From: Amphiscolops sp. MND2022
Lineage: Eukaryota
Direction of reading: 5' to 3'
NCBI GenBank assembly: GCA_964187785.1
Contig: OZ076418.1
Location: 12,276,001 to 12,340,000, forward strand
DNA: 64,000 nucleotides
Of this stretch, positions 21,511-64,000 are shown in pieces. The notes under the pieces were generated by a model. The model saw only the letters and a list, made by a program, of their open reading frames with translations. It did not search any database and was not told the origin of the DNA. The position numbers were made by a program, and so were the translations under genes. Every line of letters begins with the position of its first letter. Position 1 is the first letter of the stretch.

Positions 21511-22894
21511 AACACTCACTAACTAGCCGAAAAGAAAGAAAAAGCGGAAGACCCCAGTGATTGAAGTCTTAGAATAGATGGACTGATGAACTGAAGCAAC
21601 TAAGACGGACTAAGTTTCATGAGGTTCCGGACAGTGTGGCTAACACGGGAACTTGGCGAGTCCACCCAGGCGTTCGAGCAAGAGGATTCAGTTGGATAAC
21701 CCATATCTGACCTCAAACCCATGTCCTGAGCTTTCTCTACAGCACCATGCGCCTCAAGCAGAGCTATCACCACAGTACACCGGATCTTCCACCGAAGAAA
21801 CTTGGAAGTCACTGGGATTCGAACTCGATCCCTCAAGCCCACTGCTAATTGAGCTAACCACTATGCTAGAACTAGATGAAGTCAGCCATTCTAAACTCGA
21901 CTACATTCAGACCTACACTAACCAAGGAACTTCAATCTCAAAGATCCCTACCCCCACCATTGTCCCCGTAACCAAGCCCATCAACATCTCCCTGGAACCA
22001 AGCCCTCCCAGCGAAGCAGCGACCTCCTGTTGGTACGGGATCAAGAGGGGATGGATGGAGGTGCCCCTCTTACTAGGTCAACTCAAAGAAATTTTTCAAC
22101 TTTCAAGCTCCAAGCAACTTCCTAACAACAACAACCAAGAATCAGCCCTGGAACCAAGCCCGAAACTCCACCAAGCCCCATGACTAACACAGCACAGCTG
22201 ACCAACAACCAAGCAACCAACTACCACAAAGATCCCTACCCCTCATTTAGAAACTCCCCTGAAACCAAGTCCCACGCAAACCACCCCTGCAACCAAGTCC
22301 CCATCCCCCTGTAGGTGAAGCGGCCTCCCGTTGGCTAGGGACCAGGAGAGGATGGACGGAGGTGCCTCTCCACTAAAAGCTCAAAGCAATCAACTCAACT
22401 CAACACTGACTCAACCAACTCTTCACTTCGAACAAAGCTCAACCAAATTCCACTGACTAGAGACCAAAACCTAATCGCGTCCCAACTCCTACCCACATCA
22501 CGTCACTCCAACCCTAGACTGGATAGAGAATTCCAAGAAAAGCGTAGTGTTTTAAAGACTCCCTCCTCGGAGGGATGTCTGATAAACCTGTCTAGCGTTC
22601 CGCAGGACACGCTACAACATATACATTAAACTTTTTCTAGCTCAGCTAAGTTAGACGCTTCAAACGAGACCTCAAGGGGCATTGTAGCTTGCTTAGTTGG
22701 CGAGATTTTATAAATCATTTTTAACGCAAAAAGTGTCAGCCAATCAGAACGCTCGTTAGTTAGCTCAAGTCCACACCGAAACGAGGTCCGAAAAAAATTT
22801 CAAAACTTTTATGTCTGGGCGCTTGCCATCGGTTCGGTACAGTCCACGCAGTTCGAGCATTGAAGGCAAGTCGAGGGATCCCAACGTCTGGTTT

Positions 22895-23437
22895 AATGTT
22901 AGAGTTTCATTTATAGAGTTTCATTGATTATCAGTATTTTGCTCCCCACCTATCGGCGTTGATGCCTAATTAGTTTCATTTATTATCAATATTTTGCTCT
23001 CCACCCATCGGAGTTGGTGTCTAATTAGAGTTTCATTTATCATCAGTACTTTTGCTCTCCACCCATCGGAGTTGGTGTCTAATTAGAGTTTCATTTATTA
23101 TCAGTATTTTGCTCTCCACCTTTCGAAATTGATGCCTAATTAGAGTTTCATTTATTATCAGTATTTTTGCTCTCCACATCGGAGTTGGTGTCTAATTAGA
23201 GTTTCATTTATTATCAGTATTTTGCTCTCCACCTATCGAAATTAATGCCTAATTAGAGTTTCATTTATTATCAGTATTTTTGTTCTCCACCCATCGGAGT
23301 TGGTGTCTAATTAGAGTTTCATTTATTATCAGTATTTTTGCTCTCCACCCATCGGAGTTGGTGTCTAATTAGAGTTTCATTTATTATCGGTATTTTGCTT
23401 TCCACCTATCGAAATTGATGCCTAATTAGAGTTTCAT
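22895..23437. repeat. Minisatellite, ~10 copies of a 57-60-bp unit
   Basis: Unit TTAGAGTTTCATTTATTATCAGTATTTTGCTCTCCACC, followed by one of two interspersed variants (CATCGGAGTTGGTGTCTAA or TATCGAAATTGATGCCTAA). Confidence 0.95.
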
Positions 23438-24049
23438 TTAATAAGGTGAATCATAGTTATTTTGAGAAACCAGCTCAGATAAAACGGCTATTTTTTCAAG
23501 GGTACCAGATAGATGATGTTTCACAGACGAGTAACCTAAAAGATTGGATGAGCAACGTTTACCTGCATATTTAGCTTGAATAGCCGGTGCATAGGACGAT
23601 TCGAATTCGTCCACGAAATCCAAATGCAGTAATTCGCACTCCTTAGAGCTGCAATAAGTATCTGGGTCTGTGTCGGATTTGATGGGGCATGCACATACGG
23701 TGTAACGGCCAAAATCTTTACTCGATACTTCTGAAAATTTCACAATACCCATGTAATATTTATCATTGCCATCAAAATATTTGTCACAGATCAACATGAA
23801 TCGACTCCTATCTTGTAGCGTTAACACCTCCGTTTTCAGCCTCTCATTCGAACTAATTTTGACAGAAAAACGGTATGCCCTTTTCAAACTGTCGCATTCC
23901 AAATCTGTGTACACTCGAAATCCAAAAGAATGGAGTGTTGCCCCAATTGTGGATTCCAAGCCTTTATTGTAAAAGTAGTCTGTGTTGTCATAGTCGGGGA
24001 CGTTTCCAATCGTAGAATATTCAAAGCGTCGAAAGCAGTTTACACGCAT
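23438..24049 (-). CDS. Hypothetical 203-aa Cys-containing protein (possible Ig-like beta fold)
   Basis: Long ATG-initiated ORF in AT-rich DNA. KDFGRYTVC resembles the Ig D-x-G-x-Y-x-C strand motif. No other support. Confidence 0.35.
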   Translation of the reverse strand: MRVNCFRRFEYSTIGNVPDYDNTDYFYNKGLESTIGATLHSFGFRVYTDLECDSLKRAYRFSVKISSNERLKTEVLTLQDRSRFMLICDKYFDGNDKYYMGIVKFSEVSSKDFGRYTVCACPIKSDTDPDTYCSSKECELLHLDFVDEFESSYAPAIQAKYAGKRCSSNLLGYSSVKHHLSGTLEKIAVLSELVSQNNYDSPY

Positions 24050-24374
24050 TAAATTCTTACGTCATAGTCACGAGACCAAAATTTCATTCAATGAACCAAT
24101 CAAATTCCAGTAACATGAATACAGCACAAGCGACGAACTAATTACGATAATGTAATCAGCTATGCTCACACACCCCTAGTGCCCTAAATGCAGGAGCGAA
24201 GCGACGTGTCATATGGCCATGTCTCAAAGTTGCTACTTGGCGAAGGGAGCGAAGCGACCGAGCCATACAACAAATATGCTAACCTCTTCAAATAATAACT
24301 TGAAAATAATCGCTGCGATGAAATTCTTTCGACGCTTTGAATAGCCTTAATTGTTTCGACGGTTTGAATATTCT

Positions 24375-24989
24375 ACGATTTTCGAGCGCTGATTGGTTGA
24401 CACTTTTTGTGTTGAAAATGATTTATAAAATCTCGCCAACTAAGCAAGCTACAATGCTCGTTGAGGTCTCGTTTGAAACGTCTAGCTCTGCTGAGCTCGA
24501 AAAGTTCAAGTTAGGCTGCTGCGAGGTGTATACGTAGAGAAAATCACTTTTTTCTGCATCTGGCGCTTTCGTTCCGGTCCGCCCGCTCTCAGCCAATCAG
24601 AAGCGAGAGAATTCATATCTCAGCCCCCAAGTGAGCTAGAGCTCTCATCGACCCCTCGTTAGAAAGGTCTTTCAAAGCTGAGCACGCTGCTTTTTAAATG
24701 AACTAAATCGGACCAGTAGAAGTGAAGAACGAAGCTGTTGAAAATTAGAAATCTGTTGAAATTTTTCCAAGATAGCTCGACCTTACTTTCTTGAGGGAAA
24801 GTCAAAAAGTCAACTTTACGTACAATGCTCCGATCAAGCTCGGGTTTGGTGCGTTGTGATCAGCGTCAAAAATAAACGTTTCGAAAATTTTTTCGGACCT
24901 CGTTCCGGTGCGGACTTATGCTGACTTTCGAGCGTTCTGATTGGTTGACACTTTTTGTGTTAAAAATGATTTATAAAATCTCGCCAACT
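24375..24989 (-). repeat. Uninterrupted inverted copy of the repeat family split at 10380-22812
   Basis: The reverse complement matches the reconstructed left copy and ends at the same outer terminus, AGTTGGC. It has an internal direct repeat with ~550-bp period. Confidence 0.85.
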
Positions 24990-25560
24990 GAAGTGGACTT
25001 TGAGACGTCTGTCAAAGTACTAGGAGTTCATATAGATGACAAATTGAGCTTTTCACAGCAATTCTCTTATGCAGCCAACAAAACGCTGCAAACTTTTGGA
25101 AGCATTAAACGAAGTTTTCGGAAAAATAACTCTTTGAACCCGAACACTTTCAAAACTCTATGTCAAGCAGTGGTGATCCCGAGGTGGACGTATCTAACAT
25201 TCATTTGGGGTGATCGTACAAAGTTCAAAATTGAAATCTGTGGGCAGAAATAGTTACACTGTCAACTTGCCCAAAATATAATCCGCAAAGAGTACTTCTG
25301 GAAGTTATTGGAAACATTGTACCCATCGATATTCAAATCGAATCACACGGAGCCAAATTTTACATTAAAAATCGAATGCAACCTCAAAACGACCTCAAAG
25401 TTTATAATCTTCTAGAGAGTAGTAAATCACAAATTGTGAGAAGATTAGCAGCAGATAACAGAATGTACGGGTCTTTAACTTCTTACAGCCAGGAATCCTT
25501 GAAGGGACTAGTATACGGTCTTACCGGGCGTATCACGGAAGGTTCTTGTGGAAACTGTTA
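24990..25560 (+). mobile_element. LINE RT C-terminal (thumb) fragment
   Basis: SVKVLGVHIDDKLSFSQQ...KTLQTFGSIKRSF...KTLCQAVVIPRWTY...WG, typical of the post-YADD region of LINE ORF2. Confidence 0.75.
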
Positions 25561-25588
25561 ATGAGGGCTTCAGTGAAACAAGGAGGCA

Positions 25589-25877
25589 CATTAGGGGGAG
25601 GTACTGTGACATTGGGCTGTGCTGTGGCGACATTTCTCTTGATACGAGTGGCATTTTTGGCCCCGGGGGTCACAGAGGAGGACACGTGGGATGAGGAATT
25701 TGACCGGGAGCCATCGTCTCTGAAAGTGGGAACACATTAGGGGGAGGTACTGTGACATTGGGCTGTGCTGTGGCGACATTTCTCTTGATACGAGTGGCAT
25801 TTTTGGCCCCGGGGGTCACAGAGGACTCGTGGGATGAGGAATTTGACCGGGAGCCATCGTCTCTGAAAGTGGGAACA
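25589..25877. repeat. ~148-bp tandem duplication in a GC-richer, ORF-like segment
   Basis: TTAGGGGGAGGTACTGTGACATTGGG...CTGAAAGTGGGAACA occurs at ~25590 and ~25737. Confidence 0.9.
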
Positions 25878-26939
25878 GCAGCAAAGACGTCCTTGGTTCT
25901 ACCACGTTTCACATCAGCCGCACTATCTTCACTTGAAACTGACGTCACACTGTCAGCTGCTGATTTTACATGAACACAGTCCAAAATATACTCCCGGTTG
26001 ATCTCAACATTCAATTCAAAGTATGTGATACATATTCAAATTTGTGATACATTGTTTTCATTTGATTTCAGAATTTGACTTTTACAGTGCCATTAAAGTA
26101 TATAAAATGGCACTGACTTTTGACCTTTACTTTGTTCTGTTGACGTTTGCTACCTTCCTTTCACTCGTGCATTCCACCTCATTCTTTACCATATGGCGTT
26201 CGCGTTTCACTATACTTGGGAGTGTATTCATATAAAATGACGAATTTTTTTTGGAAGTATGGATGATCAGCACCAGGAACCAGGAATAGGTATAAATGAC
26301 TGAATAAAGAATAACACATTGAACAATATATGGAATCAGAGGTACCAAAGTTTATCTTCAAGCTGAGGGTTTCTTCACTTTTTCGGTGTCAGTGTGATGA
26401 ACTTTGAATACTGTCGTTGAAATTTTTTTGGCCTACTGATTTGTTGCAGACTTAGCTCCATCCAGGGTTATGAGACAGTGTGCGGACATCCAATTTGTGA
26501 CCAAGTTGAAGGCAATATACGACGATGGTTTCGACACTTGCTTGTCGCATCGAGCCACAGAGTCTCCAGTTAGTATGAATGTTTGTGGGATCGTCATCCA
26601 TGCGGCCGCTTCTCTGCTGGGTGTTGACGTATTGATCCACTGGGAGAGTGAGGACGGTGTCTTGGAGTGGATGTTGGCTTTGGCTTTCTTGCAGAAGAGT
26701 GGGCAGATCACCAGCTGGGGGTCCGTTTCCTCAATAATCACGTCGATTTCATTTCCAAATACAAGTAACTAGGTAAGTTTCGATTCGTGTTAACCACTTA
26801 TGAGTTGGGTAAGTAACTTTAACGAATAGTAAGCGAAATGAAAGGGGGGATTGAATTTGGGTAAGTGTGATTCATGAACGGAATGAATGAAGCGATAACT
26901 GATTAATTAGGAGTAAGGAATGAATTTGTAAATGGGAAG

Positions 26940-29900
26940 CTCATTGGGGAAAGGGCCTGAGCTTGACGATAGGTCCAATGAAAATCCCATTTTTCGTCTT
27001 TATCTTGGCTACTCTCGCCACGTCATCATTGCCACGATAGAGTTCCATAATTCTGGCCAAGGGCCAGTGTAGAGGATGGCTGTTGTCCTCTGCCAAGAAT
27101 ACAAGGTCATTAACCTCGGGTGCCTTTCCAGAATCTTTCCACTTCGAACGAGTTTGCAGCTGATTGTGATATTCCTTTCACCACCTTCTCCAAAACTGTT
27201 TTCGCATTCGTTGAACAAGTTTATATCTCTTCTCACTTGGAAGTATAGCCGATTCAAACATGCCAGGAAGGGCTGTTGGACTGCTACCAATAAGGAAATG
27301 TCCGGGCGTTAAGGGCTCTAAATTATTGGGTTCTGAGCTCATGGTTGATATAGGTCGTGAATTGAGTATAGATTCTATCTGAGTAACTAGCGTCAAAAAT
27401 TCTTCATAGGTCAGGATCGTTGAGCACATTTTTTTCTTCAAATGGCTTTTTGCTGATTTGATCCCAGCTTCCCAGAGTCCTCCGAAGTGGGGTGCTCGTG
27501 GTGGTATCATATTCCATTCGCTCCAATTTCGACTGTAATTGAGAGACTGAATTTCGTTTCTTCGAAGGTGTCAGTTTGAGCTTGAGCAACTCGTTTCTTG
27601 TCCCTACAAAATTTGTACCATTATCGGAAAAAAAGCTTTGGGCACTCCGCGCCTTGCTACAAAGCGCTTCAGTACGGCTATGTATGCAGTTGTACTCAAG
27701 TCCGTTGTGACTTCCAGATGAACAGCCTTTGTAGCAAAACAGACGAGTAGCGCTAGGTAAACCTTTTCCGTAGTCTTGGAGGTAATCTTCACTTTTACTT
27801 GGATGGGGCCTGCGAAATCGATCCCCGTGTGGGTGAAGGGTTTACTGGAAGTTATTCCTTCTGCTGGGAGTGGTCCCATCATCGGTTGATATGAAAGATT
27901 GGCAAATCGTGCACAGGTAACGCGAGATTGTAGAATGCGTCTGACAACATTCCGAGCGTTCACAAACCAGTACTGTTGTCTCAAACTATACAGCGAGATC
28001 GTCATGGAGACCATTGACTTGAGTTGACTGATAAATCGAAGAACGTAAGCCTGCGTGTTTCTAAGCTGCTTGAAGTCTGAAAATCTTTCATGCTTGGGGC
28101 CGATATTAGTATTCTGTGATACGACGTGGACTGAGTTACTCTTTCGTTGTTCGAGGCTTGTATCTGTTGTCGGATCTGGAGGCCAGTCTGTCGGACTATG
28201 GTGCAGAAAATGAGGTCCATGCCACAATAAATTGTCTTTGATGAGCTGTTTTGCAGTTGAACCACGAGATGCGATATCTGCTGGATTTCATTTCGTGGAA
28301 ACATGGCGCCAATGATTGGGCGGAAGATGCGACTGTATATCAGAGACTTTATTAGCTACGAATGTGTTCCACTTTGACGGCAATGCCATGATCCACGATA
28401 AAGTTATGGTGCTATCTGACCAGGCATGAATTTGAAAAATTTGTAGATCTGTGCTCAAAAATGCGGTGACGATTTTCGTTGTAAGTTCAGCTCCGAGTTG
28501 TGCGGCACACAATTCGAGTCTGGGTAGACTGACTGTTTTCATTGGAGCTACCTTCGTTTTGGATGCGACTAAATGACTTGTCCTCTGGTGATTTTTGTCT
28601 TCAGTGACCAAGTACACTGCGGCAGCGTAGGCGCTGAGAGATGCATCGCAAAAACAATGTATCTCATGCTTGACTGGATCCGCACTGGAAATGAAACGCT
28701 TGAGTCTGAACTCCTGCAAATGATTGAAGTCACTCATGTCTTTTGCAAGTTCTTGTGCCAGATCTGTCGGCATTTGTTCGTCCCAAGACAGTCCCAATGT
28801 CCACAGACGTTGTATCCAAAGCTTGCCTTCGATTGTCAGGGGTGCAAACCATCCAATTGGATCGAATAATGTAGCAATTTCGGAGAGCAGTTCACGTTTT
28901 GTCATGGGGGGATTGATTTTGGGTAGACAGAGATTGAAGTTGAAGTAGTCACTACTGTACTCTCAAACTATCCCAAGCGTCTTGATTGTTGCATGGTCTT
29001 CAAAGAGATCGGCTGACCCACATCCCCTCAAATCGGTTGGAAGTCTTCGATGAGTTTGGGCTCATTCGATACCCATTTCCGAAGTTGCATATTGGCTTTG
29101 TCGAGTGTCTTGATAATCTCATCTTGGAGTTCTGCAGCTTCTATGACACTGTTAGAGCCTGAGAGAAGGTCATCTACATAGAAGTCGCTCAGAATGGCTT
29201 GAGAGACTCGTTTGTTCTCAGTCATCGTTGATGTCTCTTGTAGAGATCGGATCGAATGGTATGAACTTGAAGCAATACCATAGGTCATTTGTAAATGCTT
29301 GATCTCCTGACTTGGATCATTGCGCCAGACAATGCGATGAAATGGTTTCGCAGTAGATGATAGGCCAATCTGCCGATACATCTTCGCGATGTCCGCTGTT
29401 AATCCGACCTTGTAATGTCGAAATCTGACGAGTAAATCAAAAATGTCAGGTTGTAAAGTAGGACCCACCATCAGGGTGTCGTTGAGCGAAACCCTTTTGT
29501 CGTTTTTGCTGAGCCATCGACTCTCAGTGCACACTCAGTTTGTAGTAGTTGTACTTGATTCCTTTATCACTGCATGATGCGGAAGATAGAAATAGTTCAT
29601 CAAAAATGGAAAAAAGCAACCATTGTCGATTTGATCCTCAGGGACTGGTTCGAGATTTCCGAAAGACACGAACTCGTCGATGAAAGCTTTGTACTGGTTA
29701 TGGAGATTCGGATTGGTCATTAAGCGTCGTTCCAGTGATTCAAAGCGTTTCAGGGCGTGTTGAACAGAATCGCCGAGACTTGGTGTCGGTTTCACAAATG
29801 GCATTTCGACAATGAATCTACCTTCACTGTCTCTGATTGTTGTGTCATCGTAGTGCTTGGTGACAGCCAATTCTTTTTTGCTTGGGCATGGAAATTTCTT

Positions 29901-31200
29901 CGGTTTCCTAAAACTTCAGCAAGTGATTGTCTTGATGCATAATATGATGGGTGACTTGTAGTCAGAAAGTCGCGCAACTGATCGTACGTCTGAATGTCAG
30001 TGCCAGGGTGTTCAAGTTCGCATTGACGTCTCGACTCTGCATCCAGCTTGTCAACCACTAGATGGATCGTGTAAATGTCCATTTCTTCGGATTGAATACT
30101 CAGAGCTGCCAAGGCTCTTCGTTGTTCGTCAACTTCTTGCCATAATGCACGAAGGCTGTTAGATTCTTGCTTTGTAACAAGAGCTGCGTTGATAATTTTC
30201 GAGATATGCTCTCTCACAAAAGCCCTTCTGTTCTCGTATCGGGTCTTGAGTGTCACGGTCAACACTGTAATTGGCATCTGTGACATTCACTGACGTTAGC
30301 AGTCTTGCGGCCTCTCCTGTGAAAAGGCCTTTGACGTAGAAGTTTTTGAGAATCAGTAAGACTCGCCATCGAATCTACTGCTCCATCAAAAAGATGAATG
30401 AGGACCACTGCGAATAATATCCATCAAACTTCGAGAGGTCAAGCTTTGGTAGCTTGAGACGTCCATCCTCTGATGATCCGTGTGTGGTTCCGCTTGTAGA
30501 AGCTCTCGCTTGAGTTGCTGTGAGTCGTACATCTAATTGCTTCAAATGACTTGTGGCTCGCTGGAAGCTCAATGATAGCTTGGCGTCATAATCCCCGCAC
30601 CTGTCGATGTCAGCAGCGATTTCTGCTTCACTGATGATTCCTGGAATGCGTTCATGGAATCCAAAGAAATTCGGAGTTTGGTGAAGCTGTCGCTCAAAGA
30701 AGCAATTTGGCATTTAACATCGTCTGTCAAATCTAAGACCAGCAATTCTTCTAATTGAGTAATACGCTTTGTGGCTGTGGCTCGCAAGCTGCCTCTGTTT
30801 TGAATCAACCTTCGTAGTTGAACGTCTTCTTTATCTGCCATTTTGCTGCTTGTTAAATGACTATTGGTAACAACAATCTGCTGAACTTGTTGATGGAGAG
30901 TTGAAAATTTGTTATTTTCGATGCCTCTCGCCTCTTTATGGCCACCAAAATGTTTTGTCTAGTGTGTGTGATTGAAAATAGATTGTTGCTAAATGAATCT
31001 TTTTCTCACTCAAATAATGAAACGAAGTGTTTGAAGAAAACTTATTCAAGAGATTGATACGAAAGAAGTCAGTAAAAAGCGTGAACAAGTCAAGAATGTT
31101 ACGTTATTTTAGAGTTGTCAGGAATCTATTGGTTGATTTTGAATTCACATGCTCTCGTGCATGACTTCATGTTCTTTTCATGCATCGTACAGCGGCAACA
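26940..31200 (-). mobile_element. Second BEL/Pao LTR retrotransposon, degenerate; only the 5' LTR was found
   Basis: Candidate LTR 30951-31200 (TGTTGCC...AAAACA), PBS-like TGGTGGCC, gag start MADKEDV (30841), LPKLDLSKFDG, YLPHH, YVDDLLSG, CFCDAS, GIDFAGP, APHFGGLWE. Many frameshifts and internal deletions. Confidence 0.9.
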
Positions 31201-32858
31201 TTCTTCTCTCGCCTTAACGATTCAACATCGTCTATGATATTCGGAAGCACTCCACGCCCCTCACAGTGGGTAGAAGCTCTAGGTGTACGACAAAAGAACG
31301 ATAATAAATAAACGTTTCACTCTCCAGTCGAACACGGCAAAATAGCAAATTGATACAATAGACATCGGAAACAGACAAATGTTATGTTTACGAAGATGAA
31401 GGTAAGAAGATTAGGTCTGTCTTTGTTTTCGTTGAGTTCTCTGCAAAATGCATAGTGACTGGATCAGATCAGCTCTATACCAGTAAGGACTACGTGAAGT
31501 CCGTTGAGCTATGGTTACCGAAAATTGATAGTAGCAGTAGAAGCAAGTTTACGTGCAGGAAGCCTCATGTGCAGAAAATCCAGGGCGGTCAGGAGGTCCA
31601 TATGAGAAATCTTGCAGAAAATGCAAACAAAATGTTAAAGCAAACAACTATACACATGAAAAGCAAGGCATTTTTCAAGGTTACTTTCACTTATTCAGAA
31701 AAAGATTTAGATATTATTTCCAATATATCAAAGATTGGACGTGTCCGGGATTCGAAGCACTCCTAACGGAGTAACGCACACATTACGCTGTAACCATTCA
31801 GCTAAAGCGCCTTGAAAGTGGTCGATGTCTACTTGCGTTTAATCTTAATGCCTGTCAGTAACGACTTTGAACGGCCGTATTCATGAGAGCTTTTTTCTGT
31901 TTACGTATACAGCATCATCCGTTGATTAGAAATGACAGATCAGTACGGGAATTCGGAACAGTAGTACGTTACGTCCCATGGTACGAGCACGTAACAGAAT
32001 ACTCTGCAATCAACTCTGCTTGTGAGTGAGCAACAATATATCTGTATAAATTACACAATTAGAGTTTATTTATGTTTACCTCTCTGCAAACAAAAAGAAG
32101 ACTTCGAGAACATTGAGAACAACACTCAAAGCTGATTGTTTTTGCATGGTCAACTTCTCGTATGGAAAGGAGAAATATAGGAAACCGATAGAGATTTCGG
32201 GAAAGTATTAGAACCAAAAGTCATGTCATATTCTGAACTCTCGGGGTCGACAACTGTCGCTTAGCCTGCTGTTGGGGTCAACAGTGAAGTATTTTGTGAA
32301 TGAACCCAAAAAGTTCACGATACCGTCAAAAACGATAGTGATAAGAGGGTATAAAAAGTAGACAGCAGCTTGATATTGACTCTAGCCATATTGCCTGTTT
32401 CGTCTACTACTGAAATCCCAATAACTTCTCAAACTCTCTCCGAAAACCTCAAAATCACAAAACATGGTTACTAAAAAACAATCGGAAGAGACACTCGGAA
32501 AACGGGAGTCACATCGGGCGGATCTCTTGCACCGAGAAACCGGTGTACAACTTGTACTCGAAAAACGATCGAAGCAGTGGCACGTGATCTGGTGACGAAT
32601 TACTGAGAGAACACAATCCGACGGATGTACCATGATTCTCTTGGAAAAATTGGATCCGTCACAAAAACACATGTGGCAGAAAACTGGTTTGTTTTCTTTA
32701 GTTTTTTAAACAACATATCAAACAGCGAATAGTAATGCTCGTTACATTTTTTGGGTCTGGGGATATCGCAAATGAGGTTTCAATGCAGTCTTTTAATTTG
32801 TAGCAATATATTTTTCGATAATGCCCATAGAAGTAAATCAATCTAGTTGAAGCAATAC

Positions 32859-32864
32859 TTTATT
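32859..32864 (-). terminator. Candidate polyadenylation signal AATAAA for the PI3K gene
   Basis: The first AATAAA on the minus strand, ~36 nt after the stop. AT-rich DNA makes a chance occurrence likely. Confidence 0.3.
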
Positions 32865-32899
32865 TCGTTTAGTTGAAGAAAGTACGTTAACTTGTCTCG

Positions 32900-63559
<30,660 letters not shown>

Positions 63560-64000
63560 CTGAACAAACAAACAAACAGACCCATAACCTGCTGCTGCTG
63601 CTGTTTCACCTTTCATGACTCACGCTCTATACAGTCAACTCCGCTTAATTCGTATCCGGATAATCCAGAAATTCGTTTAATTCGTATGTGCCTGAGACGC
63701 CCATTTTAAGACGACCCATGTAATAGCATCCATTTAATTGGTATTTCCCATTATTCGTACCATTTTATTTGGTCGCTAGCAATACAAATTGGGCGGATTC
63801 ACCTAATTCGTTTTTTTTCGTTGCAAAAAATAACTCAGTGTTTTGACAAGAAGCACAAAAGTCTATCAACGGCTAAAACTTGCAAAAAGAACGCGCGCGA
63901 AATACAGTTTCTGTATTTGAAACAGCAGTCGGCGGGAATGACCAAAAACTATGAAATTTTCCGATTTTTGGAACAGTTTCCTAGTGAGATATCATGTATA

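Larger units (their letters stand above)
17756..22625 (+). mobile_element. 5'-truncated non-LTR retrotransposon (Jockey/I-like LINE) with 25-bp TSD
   Basis: Flanked by TTAAACTTTTTC(G/T)AGCTCAGCTAAG (17731-17755 and 22626-22650). ORF1 has CCHC knuckles; ORF2 has APE plus RT. Confidence 0.9.
10380..22812 (+). repeat. Left copy of a ~550-660-bp repeat family, split into 10380-10615, 17484-17755 and 22651-22812 by BEL and LINE insertions
   Basis: With the two insertions removed, the pieces join into a sequence matching the reverse complement of 24375-24989 (AGTTGGCGAGATTTTATAAATC...GTCAGCCAATCAGAACGCTCG). Confidence 0.8.

Noticed and set aside
22895-23437. CRISPR-like array
   Set aside because: The between-repeat segments are two recurring variants rather than unique spacers, there are no cas genes, and the context is eukaryotic. 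It is a minisatellite.
31455-31774. Host gene between BEL element 2 and the PI3K 3' end
   Set aside because: Short overlapping ORFs with no recognisable motif. I could not build a consistent exon chain.

Overview
Eukaryotic, probably invertebrate metazoan, AT-rich genomic DNA. There is one 168-N assembly gap (54085-54252). The right half (32900 to beyond 63559, minus strand) holds a class I PI3K p110 catalytic-subunit gene. I traced 21 exons by hand with consistent reading phases; one donor is ambiguous, one exon runs into the gap, and the 5' end lies outside the window. Its introns carry a LINE, hAT and Tc1 MITEs, tRNA-derived SINEs and Helentron-like non-autonomous elements. The left half (1-31200) is a nested transposon cluster with four parts. 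(i) A tandemly duplicated, intron-containing tyrosine-recombinase (Crypton-like) unit at about 450-8770. (ii) A complete BEL/Pao LTR retrotransposon (10616-17478, 5-bp TSD) carrying an antisense JmjC-domain oxygenase ORF between integrase and the 3' LTR. (iii) A 5'-truncated Jockey/I-type LINE with a 25-bp TSD. Both (ii) and (iii) are inserted in one arm of an inverted repeat pair. (iv) A second, decayed BEL/Pao element. The strongest novelty candidates are the JmjC cargo in the BEL/Pao element and the spliced tyrosine-recombinase element. All domain calls come from motif recognition by eye; no database search was run.
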